Source: Octopus vulgaris (taxonomy: Eukaryota). Taken from it: 64,000 nt of DNA. How positions within the stretch are numbered: the stretch's first letter is position 1; each line of letters begins with the position of its first letter. The notes below the pieces were generated by a model that saw only the letters and a program-made list of their open reading frames with translations, was not told where the DNA came from and made no database searches. This document shows positions 41,225 through 55,434 of the stretch, one piece after another. The stretch spans positions 32,860,001-32,924,000 of the forward strand of contig OX597820.1 in the NCBI GenBank assembly GCA_951406725.2, given 5' to 3'. The position numbers and the translations under genes were made by a program.

Positions 41225-41242
41225 ACACACACACACACACAC

Positions 41243-41277
<35 letters not shown>

Positions 41278-41301
41278 TATATATATGTGTGTGTGTGTAT
41301 A

Positions 41302-41359
<58 letters not shown>

Positions 41360-41932
41360 GAAGTGTCTTGCTCAAGAACACAACATATACATAAGTATAT
41401 ATACATACATCTATACATATATATAATATATGTGCATATGTGGGCACAGGACGTCACGAAACGTGTACAACAACAAAAATACGAAGCACAAGTACATGAA
41501 TTATTATTTCTAACCACGAAAGACACTAATGGTAAACAAAACAAACAATATAAAGAACGACCCTTCATCAGTTGCTGGCTGTTTTTCTAGTCTCAACCAT
41601 CAGAAGAGCCACATATAAGCATATATAAAAAAAAAGTAATCTACACACACACACACACACACGCACACACACACGCACACACTCACACACACCTACACAC
41701 GCGCACACACAAATAAAACTCTCGTCTCTCTCTCTGTTTCTCTTACTTGTATCTCTCCCTCTCTGTCTCTCTCTTATTTGTATTTCTCTGTCTCTCTTTC
41801 TCTCTCTCTCTCTCTCTCACACACACGTACACACGCGCATACACAAATAAAACTCTCCTCTCTCTCTCGTTCTCTTACTTGTATCTCTCTCTCTCTCTGT
41901 CTCTCTCTTATTTGTATTTTTCTGTCTCTCTT

Positions 41933-41970
<38 letters not shown>

Positions 41971-42224
41971 GTACACGCGCGCATACACAAATAAAACTCT
42001 CCTCTCTCTTTCTTTCTCTTACTTGTATCTCTCTCTCTCTCTCTCTTATTTGTATCTCTCTCTCTCTGTCTCTCTCTCTTTCTCTCTCTCACACACACAC
42101 ACACATACGCCCATATAGATACACACACGTACACACATTTTGCTTCTTACGCTTATAAACACAGTCAAATAAATACACATTGCTCTCATTTTCTCTTTCT
42201 CTCTTGCTTTCCTCTTCACACACA

Positions 42225-42274
<50 letters not shown>

Positions 42275-42799
42275 TTCTCTCTCACTCATACACACATGCA
42301 CACTCACTGACACAAACACACACAAATGTGCATTCACATTTTCACGCAAACACACACAAACAATGGTACACATGCAAACACTTTCTCACACACGCATCCT
42401 CATCCACTCAATGTCACAAACGCAAATATACACACACACGCACACATACACACACACGCAAACACATACACATGCAAAACACTCTCATACACACACACAT
42501 CTTCACGCGCGCGCGCGCGTTCCCTCATTCTCCCAAAGACAGGAACACACAGACACACAGACACAAACCGTAACACACACACACATACACATGCAAACAC
42601 ATGCAAACACATACACATACAAAACGCTCTCATACACATACATCCTCACACACACACACACACACGCACACACACACACGTTCCCTCATTCTCCCAAAGA
42701 CAGGAACACACAGACACACATATATAAACTTTAACACACACATACATACACCACACACACACATACATACACCACACACACACACACACATACATACAC

Positions 42800-42833
<34 letters not shown>

Positions 42834-44489
42834 CACACGCACACACATGGATTAATGTGTACACACGCATAGAAGTACTTTCATACATACATACATACAT
42901 TCGACCATTCTCACAGACACAAAATAACACATACACACAGACACACATAAACACAAATCTACACACGCACACATACACACAGATAAACACACACTAACAT
43001 AGAGGCACACACAGATACAGACAGACATATATACAGACACTCACGCACATACATATACACTCTAATACAGACACATGGAAATGCTCTCTCATATATAAAC
43101 ATTCGTTCATTGGTGCACACACACACGCACACACACAATCAAACAAAGACGTTCATAAACATACACACACCCACACACAAACCCAGAGTCATTCATAAAC
43201 TTCGACTCGCACACACACACATATACTAACACAGTTATAAATATAGAAACACCGTTCCGTGCATACATACAATTACATTCGCTCATTCTCACAAAAACAT
43301 AAGAACGCCACACAACTCATAAACACATAGACACAAACACACACACGCACACACACACACATATACACACAATACATATCATACACACACATACAGACAA
43401 ACACACACACACACACATAGAGCAGAACAACGTACATGGCCGTTACACAGACACACGCAACACACACGGCGTACTGCACCGAGTGACCTCCTATTGCAAA
43501 AAGAAGAAATAAAAGAATTCGTACTGGATGTAAGAGAGGTAGAAAGAGGGGGGAGTAAGACAAAGAAAGAGAGGGGCTGAGATAGAGAGAGAGAGTGAGA
43601 GTGAAAGGGGGTGGTGAGAAAGCGTTGCATTATTTGTAGTATTGTAGTTAGTGATGATACATAATGTGATAGAAAGTGATTGTACACACCACGTACACGT
43701 ATGTATATATATATATGTGTGTGTGTGTGTCTACGTATTTATATACATACATACAAACATATAAAGGCGATCGTGCGCGTGTATATATTACATATATATA
43801 TGCATATGTATATATATATGTGCATGTACGTATATGTTTGTATGTGTTAAGTTCGTATATATATATATGTGTGTGTGTTGTGTGTGTGTGTGCACATGTC
43901 TATATCTATGTAAATATACATATATATATACGTCTATGCATATGTATATATCTATGTATGTATATATATATATATATATATGAATGTATATGATGTATAT
44001 GTATATATATACATATGCAATATATAAACATAAACCCATATATCTTTACGTATATGCACATATATAAATATCTACACGCATATACACGTATATATTTATA
44101 TGAATATATATATATACACATATAAATGTATACGTATATATTTATATGCATATACATACACATATATACTTATACATATATGTACATATTTATAAATACA
44201 TACATATATATACACACGCATATTTACATATATATATACTATATATACACAAACATATATATATATGTGTGTATATACATACATATACATGTATTAATGA
44301 GACGTAAAAGTATGGTCTTTCGCATGCAAACACACACATACACACACATGCACATATACACATACTCCCATGTATGCTACATATACACGCATATACGTTT
44401 ATGCACACTTTCACACTGAACAGGTTTAATTATACAGGCTTTTGTGTGTGTGTGTATATATATATGTGTCTGTGTGCGTATGTGTGGTG

Positions 44490-44705
44490 TAAGATGTAGA
44501 GCAGTTAATATTATAAAGGAGGGGCCGGTTTATGGGGTTACGCTGGGTTTCTCGTCCTTAAGGGCTTTAACCTTACGGCGTATCATCGGACTCAAAACCT
44601 GTTGGCCAAAGACCCCGGTCTGACGATACGCCGTATGGACGAGAAACCCAGTGTAACCCGATAAACCAGCCTCTCCCATTATAATATGAACTGCTCTACA
44701 TTTTA
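44490..44705. ncRNA. Fold-back repeat with two divergent hammerhead-like motifs (44536-44591 minus, 44617-44658 plus)
   Basis: Plus: GGT-CTGACGA-TACGCCGTATGGACGA-GAAAC-CCAGT-GTA-ACC. The minus copy keeps a longer stem II (CCGTAAGG/CCTTAAGG). Confidence 0.6.
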
Positions 44706-44942
44706 GAATGTGCTTCTTCTCCGGATATATGTTTTTCTACAAATGATATATTTATATGATTGACCGCTAGCTACTAAAGCTTTCTTTTTTTTTATTCTCT
44801 CTCTGTTTATTTTGTCGTGTTCCTCTCTGTTGAAGAGCGTAGGCTCGAAACGTAAAAGACTTTCTCACTTTCCCGAGCGTTAAATTAATGCACCTGTTTG
44901 TTGTTTACACACCTGCCTTCGTCTTTTGTTTTTTGTAAATTC

Positions 44943-44996
<54 letters not shown>

Positions 44997-45106
44997 TATA
45001 TAGTATAAAAAAACCGCATTATATATGGGATCACCCAATATATGTTTATACTTATACAAATGTTTATATATATATATATAAACATTTGTATAAGTATAAA
45101 CATACA

Positions 45107-46035
45107 TTGGGTGATCCTATGTATAATGCGGTTTTTTTATACTATTATTTTTCAAAATTAAGATAAACTAAGTTCTTTCTTAATCTAAAATATACACTCC
45201 TTCATTTTCTACAATGCTCTTCCATCTATCTGGTAGACTTGCAAGGCCCCACTTGCAAAATTTACTTGTCCATGACGAAAAATATTCCTTCCAGTACTGT
45301 TCTGACCTCGTCTACAGAATTCATATTTTTTCCGTCCAAATGATTTTGAAGGCTGCGGAATAAATGATAATCAGATGGAGCAATGTCCGGTCAATATGGT
45401 GGGTGGGGCATCGTTTCCCATCCATACTGCTCCAGCCTTTGGAATGCCATCCTCGCTGTATGTGGCCGAGCATTATTCTGATGGCAGAATACCTTTCGTC
45501 TTGAAACCAAAGATGGTCGGGGTTTTGGGGGGTTTTTTCTAGCGCTGACTTGAATGATTGGTTTAATGACCAAATCCAAGTTTCTCTGCGAGTTCCTCCA
45601 CAGTTACGATGGGATTCTGTTCCACTAAGGTTAGCAGGACGTCCTCGTCGAGCTCAACAGATCCTCCAGGACGAGGCTAGCCTTCTGGCTGTAGTTTCCG
45701 GCTCAGAACCTCTGGAACCGCCATTGACACTGACTTACGCTTATTGTTCAATCCCCATATACTGCATTAATATTCCTCGCACTTTCCGTTCCGTTACCTT
45801 TGTTGAACTCAAAAAGCAAAATATGCTGAATATGCTCTTTGTCACTTCCATTATAGCATTGAAGAAATAACTGTTAAAATCGAACTGCACTCTTCAAAAC
45901 TTGCACTGAGAATAAGTACAAGGTAAAAGTACTACCTGCTTTTATAGCAAGTTGATGCAGGTAGTTTATCCCATCCCACCTCCGACTTTTAGCTCATGCA
46001 ATTGAAAAAACCGCAATATTTATGGGATGACCCAG
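45107..46035 (-). mobile_element. Internally deleted mariner transposon
   Basis: TIRs TTGGGTGATCCTATGTATAATGCGGTTTT / AAAACCGCAATATTTATGGGATGACCCAG; relic HQNNARPHTA..WETMPHPPY*PDIAPSDYHLFRSLQNHL. Confidence 0.85.
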
Positions 46036-46171
46036 TATATATGTACATATACACACATGTACATGTATATAAATATAAATGTGTATATATATCCAAATGG
46101 GTGTGTATGTATGTATGCGCGTATGTGTGTATGTATGCATGTGTATATACATGTATATGCATGTATGTATT

Positions 46172-46224
<53 letters not shown>

Positions 46225-46669
46225 AGAATTCACGAAAAAAACAAAAGACGAAGACAGGTGGTGTAGAAAAAAAACATGTATTAGTATAACGCTCGGAAAT
46301 TGAAAAAGTCTTTAACCTTTCGAGCCTACGCTCTTCCACAGAAAGGAACACAGAAAGAAACAAGGAGAGAAAAAAATGTTGTAATTGCTACCGATCAATC
46401 ATGGCAACTGCCAGACAGTAGGGTCACACAGGAGAGCGAAGAAGTAGGAAGATAACAAAGTAATAGTGATCCCAAAAACGAAGGTGCGCGTGTGTGTAAG
46501 AGAGTACGTATGTGCGTGTGAAAGAGGGATGGTGCTCTTGGTGTGTGCATGTGTATGTGTCTCTGTGTGAAAGGGAATCAGCTACCGACCGAATACGACC
46601 ACGTCCTAAACTCAGTAAATCAATGCAAATGCTTCGAAGTACCTGAGCTTGAATTTGTTTTGAATGGAT

Positions 46670-47362
46670 AAAGTATTGCACCTATATTACTTTCCAGCGC
46701 AATCAGTTGTACGAGTAGAACTGAAGAAAACATCGGGGATGTGCGTGCAGCTCTTCGGAACGACCGCCGAATCACCGTGCATGAGTTGTCGAAGGACGTG
46801 AACATTAGTTACAGTTCAGTTTAGTCCATTCTCATTGAAGATTTGGGAATAAGATGTATGTCTGCCATATTTGTGCCAAAATTGCTTTCAGAGATGATCG
46901 GATTTCAGGTGCGCAGGGCCTCCTCATTTGTGTTGACGAATCGTGGTCTGGGACTATTTCCCTGAAACCAAGGCTCAGTTTTTGCAGCTGAAGACCCCAA
47001 CTTCTCCAAGACTGAAAAAAGTACAAATGAGCCAAAGCAATGTGAAGACACTGTTGACGTTTTCTTCGGTTACTTGGGCATTGTTCACCGTGAGTACAGA
47101 GAGTAAACAAGGAGTACCATTGGGACATGTTGCAGCATTTGTGGGATGCTGTTCATTGGAATGGCGACTTCACTATGATACCATTCAACACAGCTTGTGT
47201 AGAGGCAGTTTTTGGCCAAGCACAATATTCCCCAGGTCTGATAACCACCATATTCCCTAGCTCTCACCCCTTCCAACATATTCCTCTTTCCAAAAATCAA
47301 ATCCCACTTGAAAGCGAAAAGATTTCGAGATGTCGAGGAAATTCAAGAGAATGCGACGATGT
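46670..47362 (+). pseudogene. Second mariner-family transposase relic
   Basis: NDRRITVHELSKDVNISYSSV..FVPKLL, DESW, PETKAQ..SPRLKK, FLFPKIKSHLKAKRF across frameshifts. Confidence 0.8.
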
Positions 47363-47364
47363 AG

Positions 47365-47417
<53 letters not shown>

Positions 47418-48348
47418 TGTGTGTGTGTAGACGTATATGCATATTAACCTGTCACGTGCGAGAGAATATGAAGTGACACCCGGCAACGCGCTAATTGTTT
47501 TAGGTGCCTATGCAGCCACAAGCAGACGGAAACTTTCTTGGCCCACCCCATTTTGAACCAGCGAAACATTGAAGAAACGAAAACTAAAAAGAGGGAGCAG
47601 CGTACCAGTACTGGGGTAGTAACTCATTCCCAGCTGTTTGTACGTGTATTATTTAATGCGATACGTCCGTAGCAGATATTATTTTCGGACAAATACCGCT
47701 GTTAATTTGGCTTTTCGTGATGTATTTACATTAAATGCAGTTCACAGATCGCTGTATTAATCTAATACCGCTTCTATTGCACACTAACAATTTTTATTCT
47801 GCCGGCCGGCAAATTGCAGCATCAGTGATTTTTCAATCACTGTTTTCCCGTATAAGAGGCGACGGATTTGGTCTTGTCATGTCGTTGACCATAGAAGCAG
47901 AAATCCGCATCTGACATTCTCTTTTCAGCTATCGCTACTGGATGATTTTAAACTGCTACTGATGTGGTTTTATTATATTTAACACAATACGTCGATAAGA
48001 GATATCATCTCCTGACGATTACAACACGTAATTTATCTTTCCGTAATGCATTTGCATTAAATAGTATGCACAAATTAATATATATTCATATGCAAAGATC
48101 TTTCCCGAGGCATACAGATTCATAGGGCTGGTTTCCCGATTTCCGTGGCACATATTTCCCGATTTCCTAAACAGATACTGATTTGAACCATGTTCACTCC
48201 ATAAGAACAAGAAGCTAGAGAGTTACAACATACCCCCACGTCTTTCTATCTCACCTAACTTTTAAAAATCAGAAAAACCTGGGAAACCAGTGAAGTCTTT
48301 AAAAATAAACGATCTAAAAAACTCTCAGTGCATGTTTACCTTGCGTGT

Positions 48349-48410
<62 letters not shown>

Positions 48411-48804
48411 ACCCCACACACATACACACACACAAACATACACAGAGGGTGCGAGAGGTATTTCAGGACACATTTGATAATTTAATACAATAACTCTAAT
48501 CTAACAAAAACCAAATGTATTTTAACAAAAATGTGTGCACATGTTCTTAGTAAGATAAATTCCTTTCTACTCTAGGCACAAAGCCTGAAATGTAGGGGTA
48601 GGTGTGGTATAGTCGATTACATTGACCTCAGTGTTCAAATGGTACTTATTTTATCTATCCCGAAAGGATGAAAGGCAAAGTCGACCGTGATGGAATTTGA
48701 ACTCAGAGCATACGGACGGATGAAATGCCGCCAAGCATCTTGCCCGACGTGCTAACGATTCTGCCAGTTCCTCGCTTTATGTTCTTGATAAGATATATTA
48801 TTAG

Positions 48805-49880
48805 ATTACTCTATGAATCCGCCTTTAGCTTCGATGACTGCTTCTATGCGGGACCAGAATCGTTAACATGATTGCCCTAAATGGTCCTTATTCATTTCAG
48901 ACATCAACTAGACCAGTGGTTCCCAAAGTGAGTGGTACTGCCACCTCTGAGGACGGCGGAAAGATTCGGAATCATGCTGAAGGGAAGTGGGGGGGCGATA
49001 ATGGGGTGGCTAAAAGTGGGGCGATGGTTGTAAAAACAAAATAATGAGTAAATTAGTTTCAGTTTTGTTTGTGAAATATAGTTATTTTGAATTTGATGCA
49101 GAAAATAGTCTATGTATGTGGTGGTGTATTGGGTAGGGCATTAGGAGTGTGGCCTTGGTGCCAAGGGGTGGAAACTCGAATAAGTTTTGGAACCACTGAT
49201 CTAGACAACTGCAGCCTTCAGTGAACCTAGAGTACTATGTGAATGTCGATTATGTTCACTTTCATCAACACGCCAAGTCGATTGCGTATAAATCTGGTGA
49301 ATCTGGAGGCCACAAGTTTGGTATTACATGATCGTAAAGATTGTCTGGCATTCATTCCTGTGTTATGTGGTCTTCATGAGAAAGTACTGAATCTTGTTGA
49401 AACACATTTGGCATTCGACTGTGGAATGCATCCTTCAAGCACCTCCACGTATCCAGCAGCATTAATTCTGAGACCCTGTGTCAAGATGCGAGGTGGCATG
49501 ACTTGACCTTTGTTGCTCACCATTTCTAAAACCATCACAGTTTTTGGAAACTCAGTGTTCGTCACTCCGGGGACATCAGAAAGATATGCACATAACCATC
49601 GGACATTTCTCCTTTTAAACATTTGTTCTTGGTCGTTTATCTCATCAGAGAAGAACCAAATCATACCATATTCGTGAGGGTTTTAATCTTAAGTAAACCG
49701 CTTAGCAAAGATCAGAAGGTTTTCCTATATCTTAGAAGACATGATTTGGCTTCTCCACAGTACATACGACTTTTATTGAATATCCTAATGTGCCACAGTT
49801 CTGACAGTCCACTTCGACACTTGGAGTCCTTTTAGCGATGACCCTCATTGATTTTCCAGGATCACCATCGATGTTTTTAA
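48805..49880 (-). pseudogene. Tc1/mariner (DD37D/maT-like) transposase relic, split by a hAT MITE
   Basis: IWFFSDE..NVRWL..FPKTVMVL..VMPP..GLRINAAGYVEVLE and C-terminal RIEAVIEAKGGFIE*. Confidence 0.7.
48914..49198. mobile_element. hAT-Charlie-type MITE
   Basis: TIRs CAGTGGTTCCCAAA / TTTGGAACCACTG; 8-bp TSD AACTAGAC / ATCTAGAC (NTCTAGAN-like). Confidence 0.85.
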
Positions 49881-50698
49881 GCCACTGGATGAATTGAGAT
49901 ATCCTTATTGTGTCCGGACATTTAAGCCTTTTTTTTCTTTTTATTTTTATTTTTGTTCTTTTTTTTTTCTTTTTTTTTCCTTCGCTGCAGTTGAAACTTT
50001 CCCGTCAGAAACTTCCAATTCTATCCAAACTTTGTATACAAAGGACTCTGCAACATTTAGAATGTTGACAATTTCTCAATCGCTGTATTCCTCACCAATG
50101 AGTGCATGTTTTCTTTTTTTTTTTTTTTGAGTTAGCATTTCATGCCACGAGGAGAGAGTGGCTGATAGAATCAAAAGCCTTTTGATTGATTTAACGAGAG
50201 TAATATATTGATAATTAAATGTCTTCAAACGGTCCGCACACTCTGTAAGTGTGTGTGTGTGTGTGTGTGTGTGTATAGACACACACGCACACATATATAC
50301 ACACAAGCATCCACACATACATACATACATGCATGCATAAATCCATGTATTTACATATCTACAAATATATATATGTGTGTGTGTATGTGTTTGTAAGTAT
50401 GTATATATGTATTGATTTATCTATACGTATGTGTATATACAGTGAGATACAGGTATATCAAATACCGTACAATATAAATTTTTGATCTATTAATATTATC
50501 TCTGCCTCAGGGGGGGGGGGGATAGGTCACAATTAACAAATGGCAATTGAGAACAACCCCATACGAGAAGGAGGGCTATTGCCTGAAAGATAAAGATTTC
50601 TCCAAAATTAACATAGCATTAAGAAAAAGGACTGGCTTATTGTCTGTAGATAAAAGGGCTGTAGTGGATACGCGTCTTCACCTATATACGTACATACA

Positions 50699-50730
<32 letters not shown>

Positions 50731-50802
50731 CACGCTCACATACATATATGCACACAAACAGACACACACATACATGTGGATGTGTATGCATGTATACATA
50801 TA

Positions 50803-51214
50803 GGCGCAGGAGTGGCTGTGTGGTAAGTAGCTTGTTTACCATCCACATGGTTCCGGGTTCAGTCCCACTGCCGTGGCACCTTGGGCAAGTGTCTTCTACT
50901 ATAGCCTCGGGCCGACCAGAGCCTTGTGAGTGGATTTGGTAGACGGAAACTGAAAGAAGCCCGTCGTATATATGTATATATATATATGCGTGTGTGTGTT
51001 TGTGTGAGTATGTTTGTCCCCCTAGCATTGCTTGACAACCGATGCTGGTGTGTTTATGTCCCCGTTACTTAGCGGTTCGGCAAAATAGACCGATAGAATA
51101 AGTACTGGGCTTACAAAAAGAATAAGTCCCGGGGTCGAGTTGCTCGACTAAAGGCGGTGCTCCAGCATGGCCGCAGTCAAATGACTGAAACAAGTAAAAG
51201 AGTAAAAAAAGAGT
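50803..51214 (+). mobile_element. SINE family A, young full-length reference copy
   Basis: tRNA-like head (TGGCTGTGTGG, GGTTCAGTCCC), conserved body, internal (TA/TG)n, tail GGCGGTGCTCCAGCATGGCCGCAGTCAAATGACTGAAACAAG(TAAAAGAG)n. Confidence 0.92.
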
Positions 51215-51581
51215 ATACATACATATACACGCTCACATACATATATACACACAAACAGACACACACATACATGTAGATGTGTATGCATGTATACATATAA
51301 CAAATGAGAATACAATTATGCGCCCCGTCACAATATGGTTCGGCAATTTCTTGCACAGACGATATTTAAGTCACTTCCTTTCGTTGTTCTCCAAATGCTG
51401 CTTGCTCCTTGACTACATTCACCAACTTCCCTTAAAATATCCTTAGAATCCTCTCGACACCACAAAGCAAATTTGAAACAGCCCCCCCCCCCTAATTCCA
51501 CTGCTTCTCCCTTCTTGGCAACAATACCAAGGAACAATCAAATATCTACAACCAACCGTGGCACTCTGCAGTATACCACAC

Positions 51582-51677
<96 letters not shown>

Positions 51678-52559
51678 ACATACACACAAAGTTAGCAACA
51701 ATATTAGGTGTTATACACAGCGCTTCTTCGACAAGCTTCTTAAAATGTAGAAGAGAGAAAGAGAGAGTAAAGAAAGCAAAACGAAACACGAACATATGTC
51801 GAGTGACCATTGGTACTGCATTTGGCCAACTGTTGCAGAAGGATTCCGATCATCCGCCAAGCGACTAAAAGGTGAACTGACCCATTGTTATAAAACAGAG
51901 AACTGTGAGTGATTGGCAGTTCGAGTTGGGAAGCAGTTCACTATGAGCCGCAACTGAGAGCGTTGAGTCTCGTGTAATCTTGAATAGCAATTGTATACCT
52001 TCCTTTCCCCTCTGCTTCGTTATATGTATATATCCAATACAAAGGTACAAAACCAACAAAACGAAATAACAATGGTGAGCGAACTATTCATTAGACCCTT
52101 CGTGGATTATACAAGTCCTAATTGGGCCCCTCGTCCTTCCTCAATATACCATAGTGAAGTTTTTAAAAATCAGAAAACCGCGACCTACGTGTCGTAAAAG
52201 ATTGTACGAAGGCCATACCTATATACTGGTCATCGTCGTGTATCCTACGCCTGCAGTGCATTAATAACACTGCAAGAAAAGTACAGAAAGATAACAGGGA
52301 AAGTGTTAGTAGGATAGTGAGAGAGGGTGCTATGCCGAAAGAAGTTAAGCTAAGTTAATACCTTATACTGTAACGAAAGTCTTCCCGATTAAGAGCCAGT
52401 TTTTTCCAGCTTGCAACATCAATATCTTCACTGAGCCCAAACACTGCGCTAAGACATACACTAATAATAATACAGTGAACCCCTTCCTATCTGGCACCAC
52501 TGGGAGCAGAGTGTTGTCGGATAGGTGAATTTTCCGGATATCTGATCATTCATCAATCC

Positions 52560-52865
52560 ATCTTCTCTGCCCGCTATTCCTAGGAGAGTTGTGAGGTTAG
52601 AGTCCTCGAGAATTTTCTCCATTGAGTCTGTCAGAAGCAACATGCTTTACACTTTCTGGCTGGATTCCCAAGCGTGGCCAACTGAGGCTATAGGTATGAT
52701 TCAACCAGCTCCTTCTTGCTCTGCTCTTAAGTCTTTTGCCGGTTGGCTTGGCTTGAAGATTCCTTCTTGAATTCTTTTCTGCGAAATTCTAATCACATAT
52801 CCGTAGTACGAGTGCTGTGACCTCTCAGTGTGGAGAAAGAGCGGCTCGTAACCATAACACCTTAC
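52560..52865 (-). pseudogene. RTE-like LINE ORF2 C-terminal relic
   Basis: Minus strand reads ERSQHSYYGYVIRISQKRI, then across frameshifts ..PTGKRL..RRSWL..LSWPRLGI. Confidence 0.6.
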
Positions 52866-53124
52866 AAAACTCTTTAATTTTTTTTTTTTGTTTATACATC
52901 TGTATTATCATTAATATTTTGAATATAGCAGAAACGAGAGAAATAGGCGGAAATAAAAATACGATTTAAAAACAAAGCAAGTCACTTAGCGGTTCGGCAA
53001 AAGAGACCGATAGAATAAGTACTGGGCTTACAAAAGAATAAGTCCCGGGGTCGAGTTGCTCGATTAAAGGCGGTGCTCCAGCATGGCCGCAGTCAAATGA
53101 CTGAAACGAGTAAAAGAGAGAGAA

Positions 53125-53503
53125 TAAGTCGCATTAACCAAATATTAATACAACTTGGACCGTTCCAAAGAACTCAGCTATTCTGTCTAGTGCGAGAACC
53201 TAGTACAGTAATAGCTTGGGATTCAAGGGCCTACAATTATTTAATGCCTTGCCAAAACATGTGAGAGGTCTATATGGAGTAGGGGTAGATATTTTTTTTC
53301 AAGAAACAAGTTGACCTCTTGCTGAGCAAGGTCCCAGATGACCCTATAATTACAGCAAGGAACTCAAAAGAGGGCGGCGGTTTCGAAATCTCTCCTTCAC
53401 CAAAAGCCAATCGTATAATAATGACCATTGAAAAGGTGATAACACTGGCGGTGCTCCAACATGGCCACATCCTTTGAGCAGAGACGTATAAAAGAATAAA
53501 AGA
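53125..53503 (+). mobile_element. Second CR1-clade LINE 3' end
   Basis: YSNSLGFKGLQLFNALPKHVRGLYGV..FKKQVDLLLSKVPDDP..RAAVSKSLLHQ; tail GGCGGTGCTCCAACATGGCCAC...(TAAAAGAA)2. Confidence 0.7.
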
Positions 53504-54092
53504 ACAGATAAAATACAGGTACAGTAAATACAGCAAAGCAAAATACTGTATTGTACGATGTACACAATTGAGGCAGTATTCAGAAAAATAATTAAAATGG
53601 CAATCTATGTATCATACTTAATGTAAACACATTGTTGATAGATTTGCTGTATTAAAAACACGATAAACATAGGCGCATGCGAGGCTGTGTGGTATGAAAC
53701 TTGCTTCCCAACCATATAGTTCAGAGTTCAGTCCCATTGCAAGAGTCTTCTACTGTAGCTTCGGGCCGGCCAATGCCTTGTGAGTGGATTTGGTAGACAG
53801 AAACTGAAAGAAGCCCATCTCGTGTGTGTGTGTGTCTGTGTGTGTTTTGATCTGTATTTGTACTCCACCATCGCTGGATAACCGATGTTGGTGTGTTTAT
53901 GTCCCCGTAACTTAGCGATTTGGCAAAAGTCACTGATAAAATAAGTACCAGGCTTAAACAAAAGAATAAGTCCTGGGGTCGACACATTCGACTAAAAATT
54001 TCTTTCTTTTAAAGAAATTGAATATAAATTGGCACAGATTCTCTTGACTTACATTAACAATAACTTTTATGTATTGTGTTTTCTTTTATATT

Positions 54093-54645
54093 CTCTTCTA
54101 TTCTAGGCACAAGGCCCAAAATTTTGAGGGAGGTGGGGGAAAACCGATTAGATCGACCCCAGTACGCAACTGGCACTTAATTTATCGACTCCGAAGGGAT
54201 GAAAGTCTAAGTCGACCTCGGCGGAATTTGAACTCAGAACGTAGACAGACGAAATACCGCTAAATATTTCGCCTGGCGTTTTAACGTTTCTTATTTCTTT
54301 ACTGCCCACAAGGGGCTAAACATAGAGGGTACAAACAAGGACAGACAAAGAGATTAAGTCGATTACATCGACCCCAGTGCGTAACTGGTACTTAATTTAT
54401 CGACCCCGAAAGGATGAAAGGCAAAGTCGACCTTGGCGGAATTTGAACTCAGAACGTAACGGCAGACGAAATACCGCTAAGCATTTTACCCGGCGTACTA
54501 ATGTTTCTTATTTCTTTACTGCCCACAAGGGGCTAAACATAGAGGGTACAAACAAGAACAGACAAAGGTATTAACTCGATTACATCGACCCCAGGGCGTA
54601 ACTGGTACTTAATTTATCGACCCCGAAAGGATGAAAGGCAAAGTC
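54093..54645 (-). mobile_element. Three head-to-tail SINE B units
   Basis: Units at ~54093-54290, 54291-54507 and 54508-54645, followed by a minus-strand A fragment to ~55004. Confidence 0.85.
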
Positions 54646-55390
54646 TCTTGTCGAATCGCCAAGTTACGGGGACGTAAACACACCAACATCAGTTGTCAAG
54701 CGATGATGGAGGGACAAACACAGACACAAACATGTGTGTGTGTGTGTGTGTGTGTGCATGCATGCATGCATGTATGTATGTATGTATGTATGTATGTATG
54801 TATGTATGTATGTATGTATGTATGTATGTATGTATGTATGTATGTATGTATGTATACGACGAGATTCTTTCAGTTTCCGTCTACCAAATCTACTCACAAG
54901 GCTTTGGTCGGCTCGAAGCTAGCGTAGAAGACATTTGGCCTAAGGTGCTACGCAGTGGGATTGAACCCGGAACCATGTGGTTGGTAAGCAACCTACTTAC
55001 CACACTGGTAGAATATACTGATATCTATGCAACGCAACCAATACAAGAGGCGCGCTTGTGCTCATACACAGAGACATCGCCATAAGAACGTTCACGGATG
55101 TTAGAGCGAACACACAGACACAGGCAAAAATATATACAAACTTACAGATGTTTAACCAAACACACGCACACATTCGCCAACACGCATTCATACAAACACA
55201 GGCACACACACACACACACATACACAGATCCACATGTATGTATATGTATGTAATATAGGTATACATAAGTGTGTTTGTATATATATATATTTATAATTGT
55301 GTGTGTGTGTGTGTATACACAAACATTTCGATGGACATACACATACAGGCAGCCTCGTACACACATACATACAAAACGATACTCTCTCTT

Positions 55391-55434
<44 letters not shown>

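Noticed and set aside
52070-52200. FIRPFVDYTSPNWAP as a host exon
   Set aside because: It resembles the LVRPxLEYxSxVWxP motif of CR1/Jockey-type RTs, so an old LINE scrap is more likely.
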